From: Opitutales bacterium
GTDB lineage: Bacteria; Verrucomicrobiota; Verrucomicrobiia; Opitutales; Coraliomargaritaceae
Assembly: GCA_049598495.1 (NCBI GenBank)
Contig: JBMYNR010000022.1
Location: forward strand, 1 to 27,008
Length of the DNA stretch: 27,008 nt
Direction: 5' to 3'
How positions within the stretch are numbered: the stretch's first letter is position 1; each line of letters starts with the position of its first letter. Below are positions 9,092 through 18,245 of the stretch, in pieces. The notes below the pieces were generated by a model, which saw nothing but the letters and a program-made list of their open reading frames with translations, made no database searches and was not told the origin of the DNA. Made by a program: the position numbers and the translations under genes.

Positions 9092-9256
9092 CTAGGGGCC
9101 GGTCGGTTCGTTGCGCACGAGTGGGAGAACGGCGGACTGCTGCCGATACTCGGTCGGCGAAAGATCGAAAAACTGCTTAAACTGTCGATTGAAAAAATAG
9201 ATGTCACGATAGCCGAGTGTCTCTGAGACCTCGCTGTCGAAGACATCGAGGCTCAC
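9092..9256 (-). pseudogene. Isolated C-terminal HTH of an AraC/XylS regulator (remnant or 54-aa mini-ORF)
   Basis: [31 protein letters not shown] matches the AraC second-HTH consensus (SISEIA..LG(F/Y).D..YF.R.FK...G.SP..YR). There is no room for the rest of the protein. A GTG at 9256 overlaps the apbE TAG (TAGTG). Confidence 0.7.
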
Positions 9257-10035
9257 TAGCCTCTTAGAATCTTGATCGGCTCCCCACAATTGGCGAGCTC
9301 CTCATCTGTCATTAAGAAACAGGCGGTAGACCAGGCGTCGGCCGCTGCGGCATTTGGGTGTATCACCCAGAGGCGCTGTCGGAGGGGTGCCTGATCGGGG
9401 CGGGGTGAAACGATGTGCTCGCCTTGTACATCGATACCCGAAGCGCTCATTGCTGCATTCTTGAGCGAGTAGGGTGCCTGGCCGGAATCGTAGCAAATAT
9501 GCCATACTTTATGTCCGAAGGCCAGATGCGTGCTGGCTCCAGAGGAAAGGAGTCCCGACTCAATCTCCCAATCTTCCAGTTCCCTACGGATGCAGTCGAG
9601 AGCGAAGCCCTTTCCAATGCCCCCGAGATCAACCTCCCGTCCAGCCTCGAGACAATGGATCGCCGGCCTATCCGGATCTAAACTGAGTTGTCCCATTAGT
9701 TCGGGTAGATCGTCTTGGGAGCTCGATTTAAGGTGTTCGATTTGTCGCCCCAGCGTGATATCAAATAGCCCGCGACTCTGGAGGCCGATCGCTAGGGCCA
9801 CACGCAGACATTCATAGCACAGATCACTTATGTATAGTGATTCACCTGTTTGCATGTGATTGATTTGCGAGATGTCACTTCCTGATATATAGCGACTGAG
9901 CTTTGATTCCAGTTGATCCAGAAGAGTGATAGCGGCAAAGGCAGCCTTTTGGGCCGTATCCTTTTCGGCTGCGACAAGCCGAAAAGTAAATTCCGTATTC
10001 ATCGCCGCGTGGTGGTAAATGTAATCCCTACTCAC
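9256..10035 (-). CDS. apbE: FAD:protein FMN transferase (ApbE family), compact, no signal peptide
   Basis: [53 protein letters not shown] motifs. Confidence 0.88.
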   Translation of the reverse strand: MSRDYIYHHAAMNTEFTFRLVAAEKDTAQKAAFAAITLLDQLESKLSRYISGSDISQINHMQTGESLYISDLCYECLRVALAIGLQSRGLFDITLGRQIEHLKSSSQDDLPELMGQLSLDPDRPAIHCLEAGREVDLGGIGKGFALDCIRRELEDWEIESGLLSSGASTHLAFGHKVWHICYDSGQAPYSLKNAAMSASGIDVQGEHIVSPRPDQAPLRQRLWVIHPNAAAADAWSTACFLMTDEELANCGEPIKILRG

Positions 10036-11530
10036 TCTGCCAGGCCTCGTAGATGTCGTTTCGAAGAAACAGGGTTATTGACACGTTGTTTCTTAATCCG
10101 CGGATAAAGGCTCTATGTGTTGCAGCTAGGTGCCGTGATATTTCCACATGCTCACAGGGCATCGAGAATACAAGGGGATAGCTTGTGAAATTCTGCTCCG
10201 TAGTGGGCCAATAACCGATTTCCTTAAACTCACGGAGATACCACGGAAGTGGCCAATACTCGCGCCCAACTACGGCAATTGGTTCGAGTGAGTCGACTTG
10301 CTTGAGGGTGTTGAGTTCGCTCAGCCAGGATTGAATGCGTGCGGGATCCTTTTTAGTCGGTACATACGCATAGGGGTTGCGCCCGTCGTTTGCGAAACGA
10401 AGCGATGCGTAGCGACTTTGTTCCAATTGGAAAAAGACCCCGGCTGCAAAGAGTCCTAAGAGTAGCAAGCGCGCCTTCATCCCGAACTCAAAAAACCTTG
10501 ATAGACTGAAGGCGGCCAGCAAGCAGACCTGCGCCCAGGGTAATAAGATCAACCACGGGGTCTTGTATCCAATAAAGCTATAGATCAAGAAATGCAGTAT
10601 CGTGCCGATTAGCACGAAGCATGTCGCGGAGTTGGTATGCCTCCAGCGCAGGCAGGTTGCTATGGAGACAGCGGCAAGGAGAAGAATAACGCCTTCGGTC
10701 CACCATATGCCCAGAGCATGCTTTGGCCAAATGAGTAGTTGGAGATAATAATAGGCGGGCTTGTCGTGCCCCGGGATCGTCTCGTAGCTGAAATAACTAC
10801 TGATCGCATCGAGAATCACCTTCGGTTCGCTGAGAAAATTCGAATAAATGAGGGCGCCCACGGCGAAGGCAACGGCGCCACCTGCAGCCAGCCAAACCGC
10901 AGTCGTTTTTAAATCCACCTGCCGCTCGGTCGATCTCTTCAAGACGCCCAGCATGATCAGGCTGGCGACCGACCAACTAATAACGGAGATCGCAAAGGTT
11001 TCCTTCGTTGCGAACATGAGACCGATGAAAAGCCCGGCCAGAAGACTCGTCCGGAGGGACGGCTGATGGATCAGCCTGTAAACCGAGGCAAGCGCCAGCA
11101 TACCAAACAAAACCAGCCAGCTCTCGTGGATATACATCCTGTTGTAGTAAACCAGAAGTGGAGAGGTGGCGAGAAGTGCCCCGGCGCCAAGTGCACCAAG
11201 CGGGCCGATCGTCCGTCTCCATACGAGTGGGGTGAATACAGTTAGCAACCCTGCGGCGACAACACCAATGCGAAGGGTTCCCGTAGTCAGATCCTCCCAG
11301 TTGTCCTCGCCCGCCGTTCGGGCAATCGGTGCTGCTGCCAGACTCAGGACAGGGCCGTGGAAGTGCTTAGGGTTGTAGTTGTAATCTCCCTGGAGACGCT
11401 CCGAGAGGATACGAGCCCCCGTGGCTTCATCGAAGTGGATCGGACGCGTGTCGAGATCATCCAGTCGCAACCAGAGGGCAACCACAATGGTCACCACCCA
11501 ACCGAACCACACTAGAACCCGTTGCCCCAT
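10028..11530 (-). CDS. TIGR03663/Agl23-like multi-pass GT-C (PMT-like) membrane protein
   Basis: LRL..LD.RP.HFDEA, Y.YNP..FHGP, SP...YYNR.YIHE, ATKET, GHDKP..YYL, YKTPW, YWPLPWYLR motifs; about 11-13 hydrophobic segments. Overlaps the apbE start by 8 bp. Confidence 0.8.
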   Translation of the reverse strand: MGQRVLVWFGWVVTIVVALWLRLDDLDTRPIHFDEATGARILSERLQGDYNYNPKHFHGPVLSLAAAPIARTAGEDNWEDLTTGTLRIGVVAAGLLTVFTPLVWRRTIGPLGALGAGALLATSPLLVYYNRMYIHESWLVLFGMLALASVYRLIHQPSLRTSLLAGLFIGLMFATKETFAISVISWSVASLIMLGVLKRSTERQVDLKTTAVWLAAGGAVAFAVGALIYSNFLSEPKVILDAISSYFSYETIPGHDKPAYYYLQLLIWPKHALGIWWTEGVILLLAAVSIATCLRWRHTNSATCFVLIGTILHFLIYSFIGYKTPWLILLPWAQVCLLAAFSLSRFFEFGMKARLLLLGLFAAGVFFQLEQSRYASLRFANDGRNPYAYVPTKKDPARIQSWLSELNTLKQVDSLEPIAVVGREYWPLPWYLREFKEIGYWPTTEQNFTSYPLVFSMPCEHVEISRHLAATHRAFIRGLRNNVSITLFLRNDIYEAWQSE

Positions 11531-11597
11531 TCACACTGATTGAACGGGATTCTGGAGGACCTGCAATAGTCCTTTCAGGGTGCTTCGCCAGCAGACC

Positions 11598-12842
11598 CTA
11601 AAACTGGAAGGCGTATTTTGCCAAACGCTGACCGATCTCGCTGACGATCTCCTTTTCCTTGTCCTCGCCCTGAGCAGCGAAAGTCACGGAGAAACGAACG
11701 AAGTTGCCGCAGTCATCCCAGGGCACAGTGCTGATCAGCTCGTTGGTGATAAGCCATTGGCTGAAGTCCTCACCGCTTGAAAACTCTGTTGTTTCGCCAT
11801 CGAAGGTGACCGCCTTGGGTGCTGCAACATAGAGGAAGAAAGACCCCTTAGGCTTACTCGCACTGAAGCCGTTCTCATTGAGAACTTCCACCAGGAGGTC
11901 CATTCGGCGGGAGTATTTGGAGGCAATCTCATCGGTAATTTGAGGATTCGCAAGAGCTGCGGCGCCTGCCTTCTGGATCGCAAGAAATTGTCCCGAGTCG
12001 GAATTATCCTTCATGTCAGCATAGGCTTGAACGATGAGTGGATTACCCACGACAAAGCCGATTCGCCAGCCAGTCATGTTGTAGCTCTTGGAGAGCGAAT
12101 GGAGCTCGATAGCTACCTCCTTCGCGCCCTTGACTTGGAAGATCGACAGCGGCTGACCTTCAAAAATCAGGGAAGCGTAGGCTGCGTCTTGAAGAATGAT
12201 GAGATTGTTTGCCTTTGCAAAGGCCACGGCCTTGGCAAAAAACTCCAGAGTTGCCGACGCACCTGTCGGGTTGTTCGGGTAGTTGAGAACCATAATCTTG
12301 GCTTTCTCAACCACATCTGCGGGCACGGCATCCAGATCCGGCAGGAAGTCATTCTCTTCTCTCAACTCCATATTGTAGACATGGCCACCAAGATACTTCG
12401 CGTGCGTGCCGAGGACGGGGTAACCGGGAACCGTCATGAGCACGTAGTCACCTGGATTGATAAAGCAGGCCGGCACCATGGAGAGTGCGGTCTTGGAACC
12501 AATCGAGTGTACGACATCAGTCGCCGGATCAATATCCGAAACCCCGAAGACATCAGCCATGTATTTGGCCGCTGCCTCCTTGAATTCCTCGCCACCATTG
12601 TCCGCGTAGCCGCGGTTCTCCGGTTTAGCGGCTTCTTCCTGAAGCGTCTTTACGACGATCGGGAAGGCCATCTCATCCGGCTCACCAACGCCCATATCAA
12701 TCAGGTCTACATTCGGCTTGGCATCCCTGGCCGCTTTCTTTGCGCGTTTGATCTTCTCAAATTTATAAATCGCAGTCGATTTACCATATTGATTGCCGCC
12801 AATTCGCTCGGCGAAAAGTTCTTGGATGTAAGGGTCGCTCAT
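11598..12842 (-). CDS. dapL: LL-diaminopimelate aminotransferase (class I/II PLP enzyme)
   Basis: FAERIGG..YGK..IYKFEKIKRAK N-terminus typical of this DapL-annotated group; NYPNNPTG, DAAY, HSLSKSYNMTGWRIGF (PLP lysine). Confidence 0.8.
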   Translation of the reverse strand: MSDPYIQELFAERIGGNQYGKSTAIYKFEKIKRAKKAARDAKPNVDLIDMGVGEPDEMAFPIVVKTLQEEAAKPENRGYADNGGEEFKEAAAKYMADVFGVSDIDPATDVVHSIGSKTALSMVPACFINPGDYVLMTVPGYPVLGTHAKYLGGHVYNMELREENDFLPDLDAVPADVVEKAKIMVLNYPNNPTGASATLEFFAKAVAFAKANNLIILQDAAYASLIFEGQPLSIFQVKGAKEVAIELHSLSKSYNMTGWRIGFVVGNPLIVQAYADMKDNSDSGQFLAIQKAGAAALANPQITDEIASKYSRRMDLLVEVLNENGFSASKPKGSFFLYVAAPKAVTFDGETTEFSSGEDFSQWLITNELISTVPWDDCGNFVRFSVTFAAQGEDKEKEIVSEIGQRLAKYAFQF

Positions 12843-12933
12843 GAGTTGCCTCGATCTCGTTTAGTGTTGGTTGGTATTTGTTTATGATTGTTAAACTTAC
12901 GTATTCGTAACTATCCTTGGGAAAAGGTCAGCT

Positions 12934-13776
12934 ATGCAAACAATTCAATCGGTTCACGAAATGCAATCTCTTGCCATCGGCATGCGCTCGAGCGGCCGTC
13001 TGATTGGACTGGTTCCCACTATGGGGAGTCTGCACGAGGGCCATCTTTCGTTGATTGATATTGCCAAGGAACGCGCTGATAAGGTCATCGTTTCGATTTT
13101 TGTCAACCCCACCCAGTTCGGACCGAGTGAGGATTTTGACAGATACCCAAGAGTATTGGAAGCCGACCTCGAAAAGTGCCGTGAGCGGGGTGCAGATATC
13201 GTCTTTAATCCTTCCATAGCGGAGATGTATCCGGATGGCTACTCAACCTACGTGAATGAAGAGCATGTCAGTGCGGGGCTCTGCGGCATCTCCAGACCGA
13301 ATCATTTTCGCGGCGTGACCACGGTCTGCCTCAAACTCTTCAATATCACACGGCCGGATATCGCGGTCTTCGGGCAAAAGGATGCCCAGCAGTGTGCCGT
13401 CTTAAAAAAGATGGTCAGCGATCTCAATATACCGGCAGAAATCGTGATTGGGCCCACGCTTCGCGATCATGACGGGATGGCGACGAGTTCCAGAAATGAA
13501 TATCTAACGGGGGCGCAGAGGGAAGAAGCTCTGAGCATCTCCAAATCACTCCAGATCGCAGGTAAGATGGTCGATTCGGGAACTCGCAGCGTTGATCGAA
13601 TAGTCGCCGAGGTCACGCATCATCTCTCGCTTTCGCGCCGTATTCGGGTTATCTACGTTCAGATTGTCGATCGTGACACGATGGAGCCGGCAAGGGAAAT
13701 TGTGCCCGGTAGGCACCTGCTCTGTGTGGCAGTTTGGCTCGATCAGACTCGATTGATTGACAATATAGAGCTCTAG
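12934..13776 (+). CDS. panC: Pantoate--beta-alanine ligase
   Basis: VPTMG.LHEGH.SL, VSIFVNPTQF, RP.HFRGV.TV, FGQKDAQQ, SSRN.YL, RLIDN. Confidence 0.98.
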   Translation: MQTIQSVHEMQSLAIGMRSSGRLIGLVPTMGSLHEGHLSLIDIAKERADKVIVSIFVNPTQFGPSEDFDRYPRVLEADLEKCRERGADIVFNPSIAEMYPDGYSTYVNEEHVSAGLCGISRPNHFRGVTTVCLKLFNITRPDIAVFGQKDAQQCAVLKKMVSDLNIPAEIVIGPTLRDHDGMATSSRNEYLTGAQREEALSISKSLQIAGKMVDSGTRSVDRIVAEVTHHLSLSRRIRVIYVQIVDRDTMEPAREIVPGRHLLCVAVWLDQTRLIDNIEL

Positions 13777-13779
13777 GCC

Positions 13780-15384
13780 ATGTCGAAGTTTTACGATGTT
13801 ATTGTCGTGGGGAGCGGTATTGCCGGCCTCAGTTTCGCGCTGAAAGTTGCGGACGCGGGTAAACGTGTCGCCATCATTACCAAGAAAAATTCGGCCGAAT
13901 CGAATACGAACTATGCTCAAGGCGGAATTGCAGCCGTCACTTCGCAAACCGACGATGTCGAGATGCACGTCGCAGATACTCTGAATGCAGGGGATGGACT
14001 GTGTGATGAGGATGCTGTCAGAGAGATCATTAAAGATGGCCCCGGTAGTATTGATGAACTGATCAAACGTGGAGTGGACTTTTCCCAATTGGGGGATGGC
14101 CGCGTCTCACTCGGAAAAGAGGGCGGGCACTCGAAGCGTCGGATCCTACATGTCCGCGATGTGACGGGTAAGGCGATTGAGCAGGCTTTGCTTCATGCGA
14201 TCGATACATCCGAATATGTTGATACGCTTGAGCATCACTTCGCGGTTGAGCTCATTACCTCGGCGAAGATCCGAAAGATCGGCCAGACGGAGCCGGGTTG
14301 CAACCGGGTGCTTGGGCTTTACGCATTGGATACCCAAAGTGGCCAGGTGGAGACCTTTCGCGCGGGAGCAGTGATGCTGGCAACCGGTGGAATGGGTCAG
14401 ATCTACCAGTATACGACCAACCCGTTCATTGCGACGGGCGACGGTATTGCTATGGCCTATCGTGCTGGGGTCGCTGTCCACAATATGGAGTTTATTCAGT
14501 TTCATCCGACGGCTTTCTATTCGAAGGATTCCTCGGACCGTTTTCTCATTACTGAAGCCATCCGAGGGGAGGGCGCAATTCTGAGGAACCTGAGCGGTGA
14601 GGCATTCATGGGTAAATACGATCCGCGCAAGGATCTGGCACCCCGAGACATTGTCGCCCGTGCGATTGATTCCGAGATGAAGGAAACCGGCGCGCGTCAT
14701 GTCTGGCTGGATACCTGCGGGATGAAGTTGAAGAATCTTCACGAGCGCTTTCCAAATATCTACAGTTACTGCCAGGCACACGGGATTGCCCCTGAAAAGG
14801 ATATGATACCTGTTGTGCCTGCCGCACATTATCTATGCGGCGGTGTGAAGACGAATCTTAACGGGGAGACGATGCTCCCGGGCCTCTACGCCTGCGGAGA
14901 AGTGGCCTGCACCGGACTCCACGGAGCCAATCGACTCGCCAGTAATTCGCTTCTGGAGGCTGTTGTGTTGGCGAATCGTGCTGCCTCGGCGGTGGTCGAC
15001 TTCCTTTGTGAAAATGGACCCTGTGATATTGAACTGCCCGAATGGAAGGACGGCAATGTTCGCGACTCTGACGAGCGTGTGGTCCTACTCCATAACTGGG
15101 ATGAGGTGAAACGTACCATGTGGGACTACGTGGGCATTGTTCGAACAACCAAGCGCCTCGAGCGCGCCCGCACACGGATTCAGACGCTCGAGCGTGAAAT
15201 CAACGAGTATTACTGGAACTTCAAGGTGGACGAGAGCTTGCTCGAATTGCGTAACATGATCCTTGTTGCCGGTTTGGTCATCGATTGTGCGCTTCAGCGT
15301 AAAGAGAGTCGGGGACTGCATTACACCTTGGATTATCCGGAAAAGGTCGATTTGCTCGCCGATACAAAAGTTTGTCGAATTTAA
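13780..15384 (+). CDS. nadB: L-aspartate oxidase
   Basis: GSGIAGL, SNT.YAQGGIAA, EGGHS.RRILH..D.TG, MEFIQFHPT, FLITEA.RGEG, LAPRDIVARAI, PAAHY.CGG, GLHGANRLASNSLLE, ESRGLHY. Confidence 0.97.
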   Translation: MSKFYDVIVVGSGIAGLSFALKVADAGKRVAIITKKNSAESNTNYAQGGIAAVTSQTDDVEMHVADTLNAGDGLCDEDAVREIIKDGPGSIDELIKRGVDFSQLGDGRVSLGKEGGHSKRRILHVRDVTGKAIEQALLHAIDTSEYVDTLEHHFAVELITSAKIRKIGQTEPGCNRVLGLYALDTQSGQVETFRAGAVMLATGGMGQIYQYTTNPFIATGDGIAMAYRAGVAVHNMEFIQFHPTAFYSKDSSDRFLITEAIRGEGAILRNLSGEAFMGKYDPRKDLAPRDIVARAIDSEMKETGARHVWLDTCGMKLKNLHERFPNIYSYCQAHGIAPEKDMIPVVPAAHYLCGGVKTNLNGETMLPGLYACGEVACTGLHGANRLASNSLLEAVVLANRAASAVVDFLCENGPCDIELPEWKDGNVRDSDERVVLLHNWDEVKRTMWDYVGIVRTTKRLERARTRIQTLEREINEYYWNFKVDESLLELRNMILVAGLVIDCALQRKESRGLHYTLDYPEKVDLLADTKVCRI

Positions 15385-16337
15385 TGGAGACGGGGGCACT
15401 CAAGCGCTGGGCCTTGGTCGGTCCAGGAGCCGTAGGTCTTTATTACGGCGGACGTATCGCTTATTCCGGGCATTCATTTTCCGTTCTTGCGAGACGTGAT
15501 GCATCTGCCCTCGCTGAAAGGGGCATTCGTATCGCCATGGTTGACCCGATCACCAATGCGATCTCCTCGAGCATTGAGGCTAATCTGACGACGGTGGCCA
15601 CACAACCTGATGCGATTGGAGTCGTGGATTGTGTGATCATTGCGGCCAAGTCGACTGTTAATGAACGCTTGATCGAATCGCTGTCAAAAATGGTTCAACC
15701 CGGACACACCATCATACTTTCCCTACAAAATGGGATGGGGAATGCCGAGTTCTTTGAGCAGCACTTTCCGGAAAACCCGATCCTTGCAGGTCTTTGTTTC
15801 GTCTGCGTCAATCGCACGCAGCCGGCATACGTCGAAAACTACCATCCGGGGCGAGTGGAAATCGGATCGCTTCATGATCGTTGGCCCGAGCTTGTCCACA
15901 AGGTTGTCGATATCTTTAGCGAAGCGGGTATTTTAACGAAGTTTGCGGACCCGCTCAACGCGGCGCTTTGGAGGAAGCTCTGCTGGAACATCCCTTTTAA
16001 TGGTCTATCGATTGCGGCAGGCGGAGTGACAACCGACAAAATAATGGCGGACCCCGAACTTGTTAAGACCGCGCGTGCTCTAATGGATGAGATCCGTGCC
16101 GCCGCATCATTGGAGGGTCATCACATTCCGGATAGTTTCATCGAAGGGCAGTTTACTGTCACCGAAAAGATGGGTGCCTACAAACCCTCATCGCTTATCG
16201 ACTTTCAGGCGGGGAAACCGGTCGAGCTTGACTCCATTTGGGGGGAGCCCCTCCGTCGTGGCAGCGAGCTCGGCGCTGAGATGCCAGAGCTCGAGATACT
16301 AATCAAGGATTTGTCCGCAGCGCTTACTCGACCGTAA
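15384..16337 (+). CDS. panE: 2-dehydropantoate 2-reductase (ApbA/PanE family)
   Basis: GPGAVGLYYG Rossmann motif, LQNGMG, W.KL.WN.PFN.L, SS..D..AGKP.E.D.I.G. TAATG overlap with the nadB stop gives the start at 15384. Confidence 0.88.
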   Translation: METGALKRWALVGPGAVGLYYGGRIAYSGHSFSVLARRDASALAERGIRIAMVDPITNAISSSIEANLTTVATQPDAIGVVDCVIIAAKSTVNERLIESLSKMVQPGHTIILSLQNGMGNAEFFEQHFPENPILAGLCFVCVNRTQPAYVENYHPGRVEIGSLHDRWPELVHKVVDIFSEAGILTKFADPLNAALWRKLCWNIPFNGLSIAAGGVTTDKIMADPELVKTARALMDEIRAAASLEGHHIPDSFIEGQFTVTEKMGAYKPSSLIDFQAGKPVELDSIWGEPLRRGSELGAEMPELEILIKDLSAALTRP

Positions 16338-18174
16338 CCGACTTGGCAAGGTTTCGCGGCTTGTCGACGTCGCAGCCCCGCTCGAGGGCGACATGGTAGC
16401 TAAAGAGCTGAATCGGGATACTCATGAGGATCGGTTTCACGATCTCATGGCATTCCGGAACCAGGATGATGTCGTCTACCAAACCGTCCGGGATGTCGCA
16501 ATCGGCGGTGGCAATGCAGATAACCTTCCCTTTGCGCGCCTTGACCTCCTGAACATTTGCCAGGCTCTTGTGGAAGATCTCCCCGCTGGTTGCCAGGAAG
16601 ACGCTAGGGCATTCCTCACAAATCAATGCAATTGGCCCGTGTTTCATTTCCGCAGCCGGGTAGCCTTCAGCGTGAATGTATGAGATTTCCTTCAGTTTGA
16701 GTGCACCTTCAAGGGCAATCGGGAACATCAATTGGCGCCCCAGAAAGAGGCAGTCCTCGTATTTGGCATACTTTCTGGCGATGGTTGCGATTGAATTATT
16801 TTGCTTGAGCACCTCCTCCACCTGTGCAGGCACGGCCTTCAGAGCTTTTACGATGTCAACACCGTCACCATAGCTGAGATCGCGCAGGCGCCCGAGGTAA
16901 AGCGCAAGCATTGCACAAATCATAATCTGCGAGGTAAATGCCTTGGTTGATGCAACCCCGATCTCCGGTCCAGCATGTTGGTAAATACCGCCATCGGATT
17001 CGCGGGCGATAGTGGAACCGACACTGTTATTAATTGCGAGTGTCTGGTAGCCCTTACGTTTGGCCTCGCGCAGCGCGCCGAGAGTATCAATCGTCTCGCC
17101 CGATTGGCTGACTGCGATGACGAGGGTATTCTTTTCGAGCGGAGAGTTGCGGTAGCGGAACTCGGATGCGTATTCCACTTCAACGGGGATGCGAGCAAAC
17201 CGTTCGATCAAATACTCGCCAACCAGGCAGGAGTGCCAGGCGGTTCCGCAAGCGAGGAAGAGAATGCGGTCGATCTGACGCAGTTCCTGCGGATTCAAAT
17301 TCAGGCCGCCGAACACAGCTGTGCTCCCGTCGTCGGAGAAACGTCCGCGCATCCCGTTCATTAGGGAGTTTGGCTGCTCGAATATCTCTTTCTCCATGAA
17401 ATGCTTGTAGTCACCGAGCTCGGCCTCCGAGGTGTCCCAGTCAACCTGATGAATTACGGCTTCGATCTTCTTACTTGAAACAGTGGTGATTGAGAAATCG
17501 TCATTCCTTAGGTGGACGACTTCATTGTCGTTTAGATAAACAACGTTTTGGGTGCAGTGGGTGATGGCATTCACGTCTGATGCGATCAGGTTCTCACCCT
17601 TGCCGATGCCGATGATAAGCGGGGAGCCCTTGCGCGCGCCGATCAATTCATCGGGGAAGTCCGTACTAATTACTGCGATGCCATAGGTGCCCTCTACATG
17701 TCGAAGACTTTTGCGCACCGCATCAAGGAGCGGATGTTTGCCATTGTTTTTCTCTTCTTTCGCATAGTGATACGCGATGAGGTTACAAAGCGCCTCGGAG
17801 TCAGTCTCCGACACGAAGGTGAAGCCTTTCTCTGTGAGAAAGTCCTTCATCCCTGTATAATTCTCAATCACACCGTTGTGGACGAGTGAAATCTTCCCGT
17901 CACTACTCGTATGCGGGTGTGCGTTGGCCTCGGTCACATCTCCGTGGGTGGCCCAGCGTGTGTGGCTGATGCCAAGATTTCCACCGTATTGCCGCTCATC
18001 GAGGGCATCTTCGAGATTCGACACCCGTCCGGTGCGCTTGATCTGCTCGAAGCCTTTGTCGGTTGAAACCACCATACCCGAGGAATCGTATCCGCGGTAT
18101 TCCAGGCGCTTTAAGCCGTCGAGCATGACACTGCCAGCGCGGTCGCGCCCGATATATCCAACTATTCCACACAT
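16324..18174 (-). CDS. glmS: Glutamine--fructose-6-phosphate transaminase
   Basis: MCGIVG N-terminus, LEYRGYDSSG, HTRWATHG, VHNGVIEN, SQSGET.DT, VASTKAFT, LKLKEISYIHAEG, DKPRNLAKSVTVE. Confidence 0.99.
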   Translation of the reverse strand: MCGIVGYIGRDRAGSVMLDGLKRLEYRGYDSSGMVVSTDKGFEQIKRTGRVSNLEDALDERQYGGNLGISHTRWATHGDVTEANAHPHTSSDGKISLVHNGVIENYTGMKDFLTEKGFTFVSETDSEALCNLIAYHYAKEEKNNGKHPLLDAVRKSLRHVEGTYGIAVISTDFPDELIGARKGSPLIIGIGKGENLIASDVNAITHCTQNVVYLNDNEVVHLRNDDFSITTVSSKKIEAVIHQVDWDTSEAELGDYKHFMEKEIFEQPNSLMNGMRGRFSDDGSTAVFGGLNLNPQELRQIDRILFLACGTAWHSCLVGEYLIERFARIPVEVEYASEFRYRNSPLEKNTLVIAVSQSGETIDTLGALREAKRKGYQTLAINNSVGSTIARESDGGIYQHAGPEIGVASTKAFTSQIMICAMLALYLGRLRDLSYGDGVDIVKALKAVPAQVEEVLKQNNSIATIARKYAKYEDCLFLGRQLMFPIALEGALKLKEISYIHAEGYPAAEMKHGPIALICEECPSVFLATSGEIFHKSLANVQEVKARKGKVICIATADCDIPDGLVDDIILVPECHEIVKPILMSIPIQLFSYHVALERGCDVDKPRNLAKSVTVE

Positions 18175-18245
18175 AAAGCTTCAAATAAGCTGAGAGCTCC
18201 TCTAGCTTTCAAGCTAATAACTAGCAGTAATTCCAGACCTACAAT

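Noticed and set aside
11940..12887. 315-aa plus-strand ORF
   Set aside because: Antisense shadow of dapL with no motifs; such shadows arise from codon bias.
18175..18245. glmS ribozyme
   Set aside because: The spacer is only 71 bp, is shared with glgC, and shows no matching structure.
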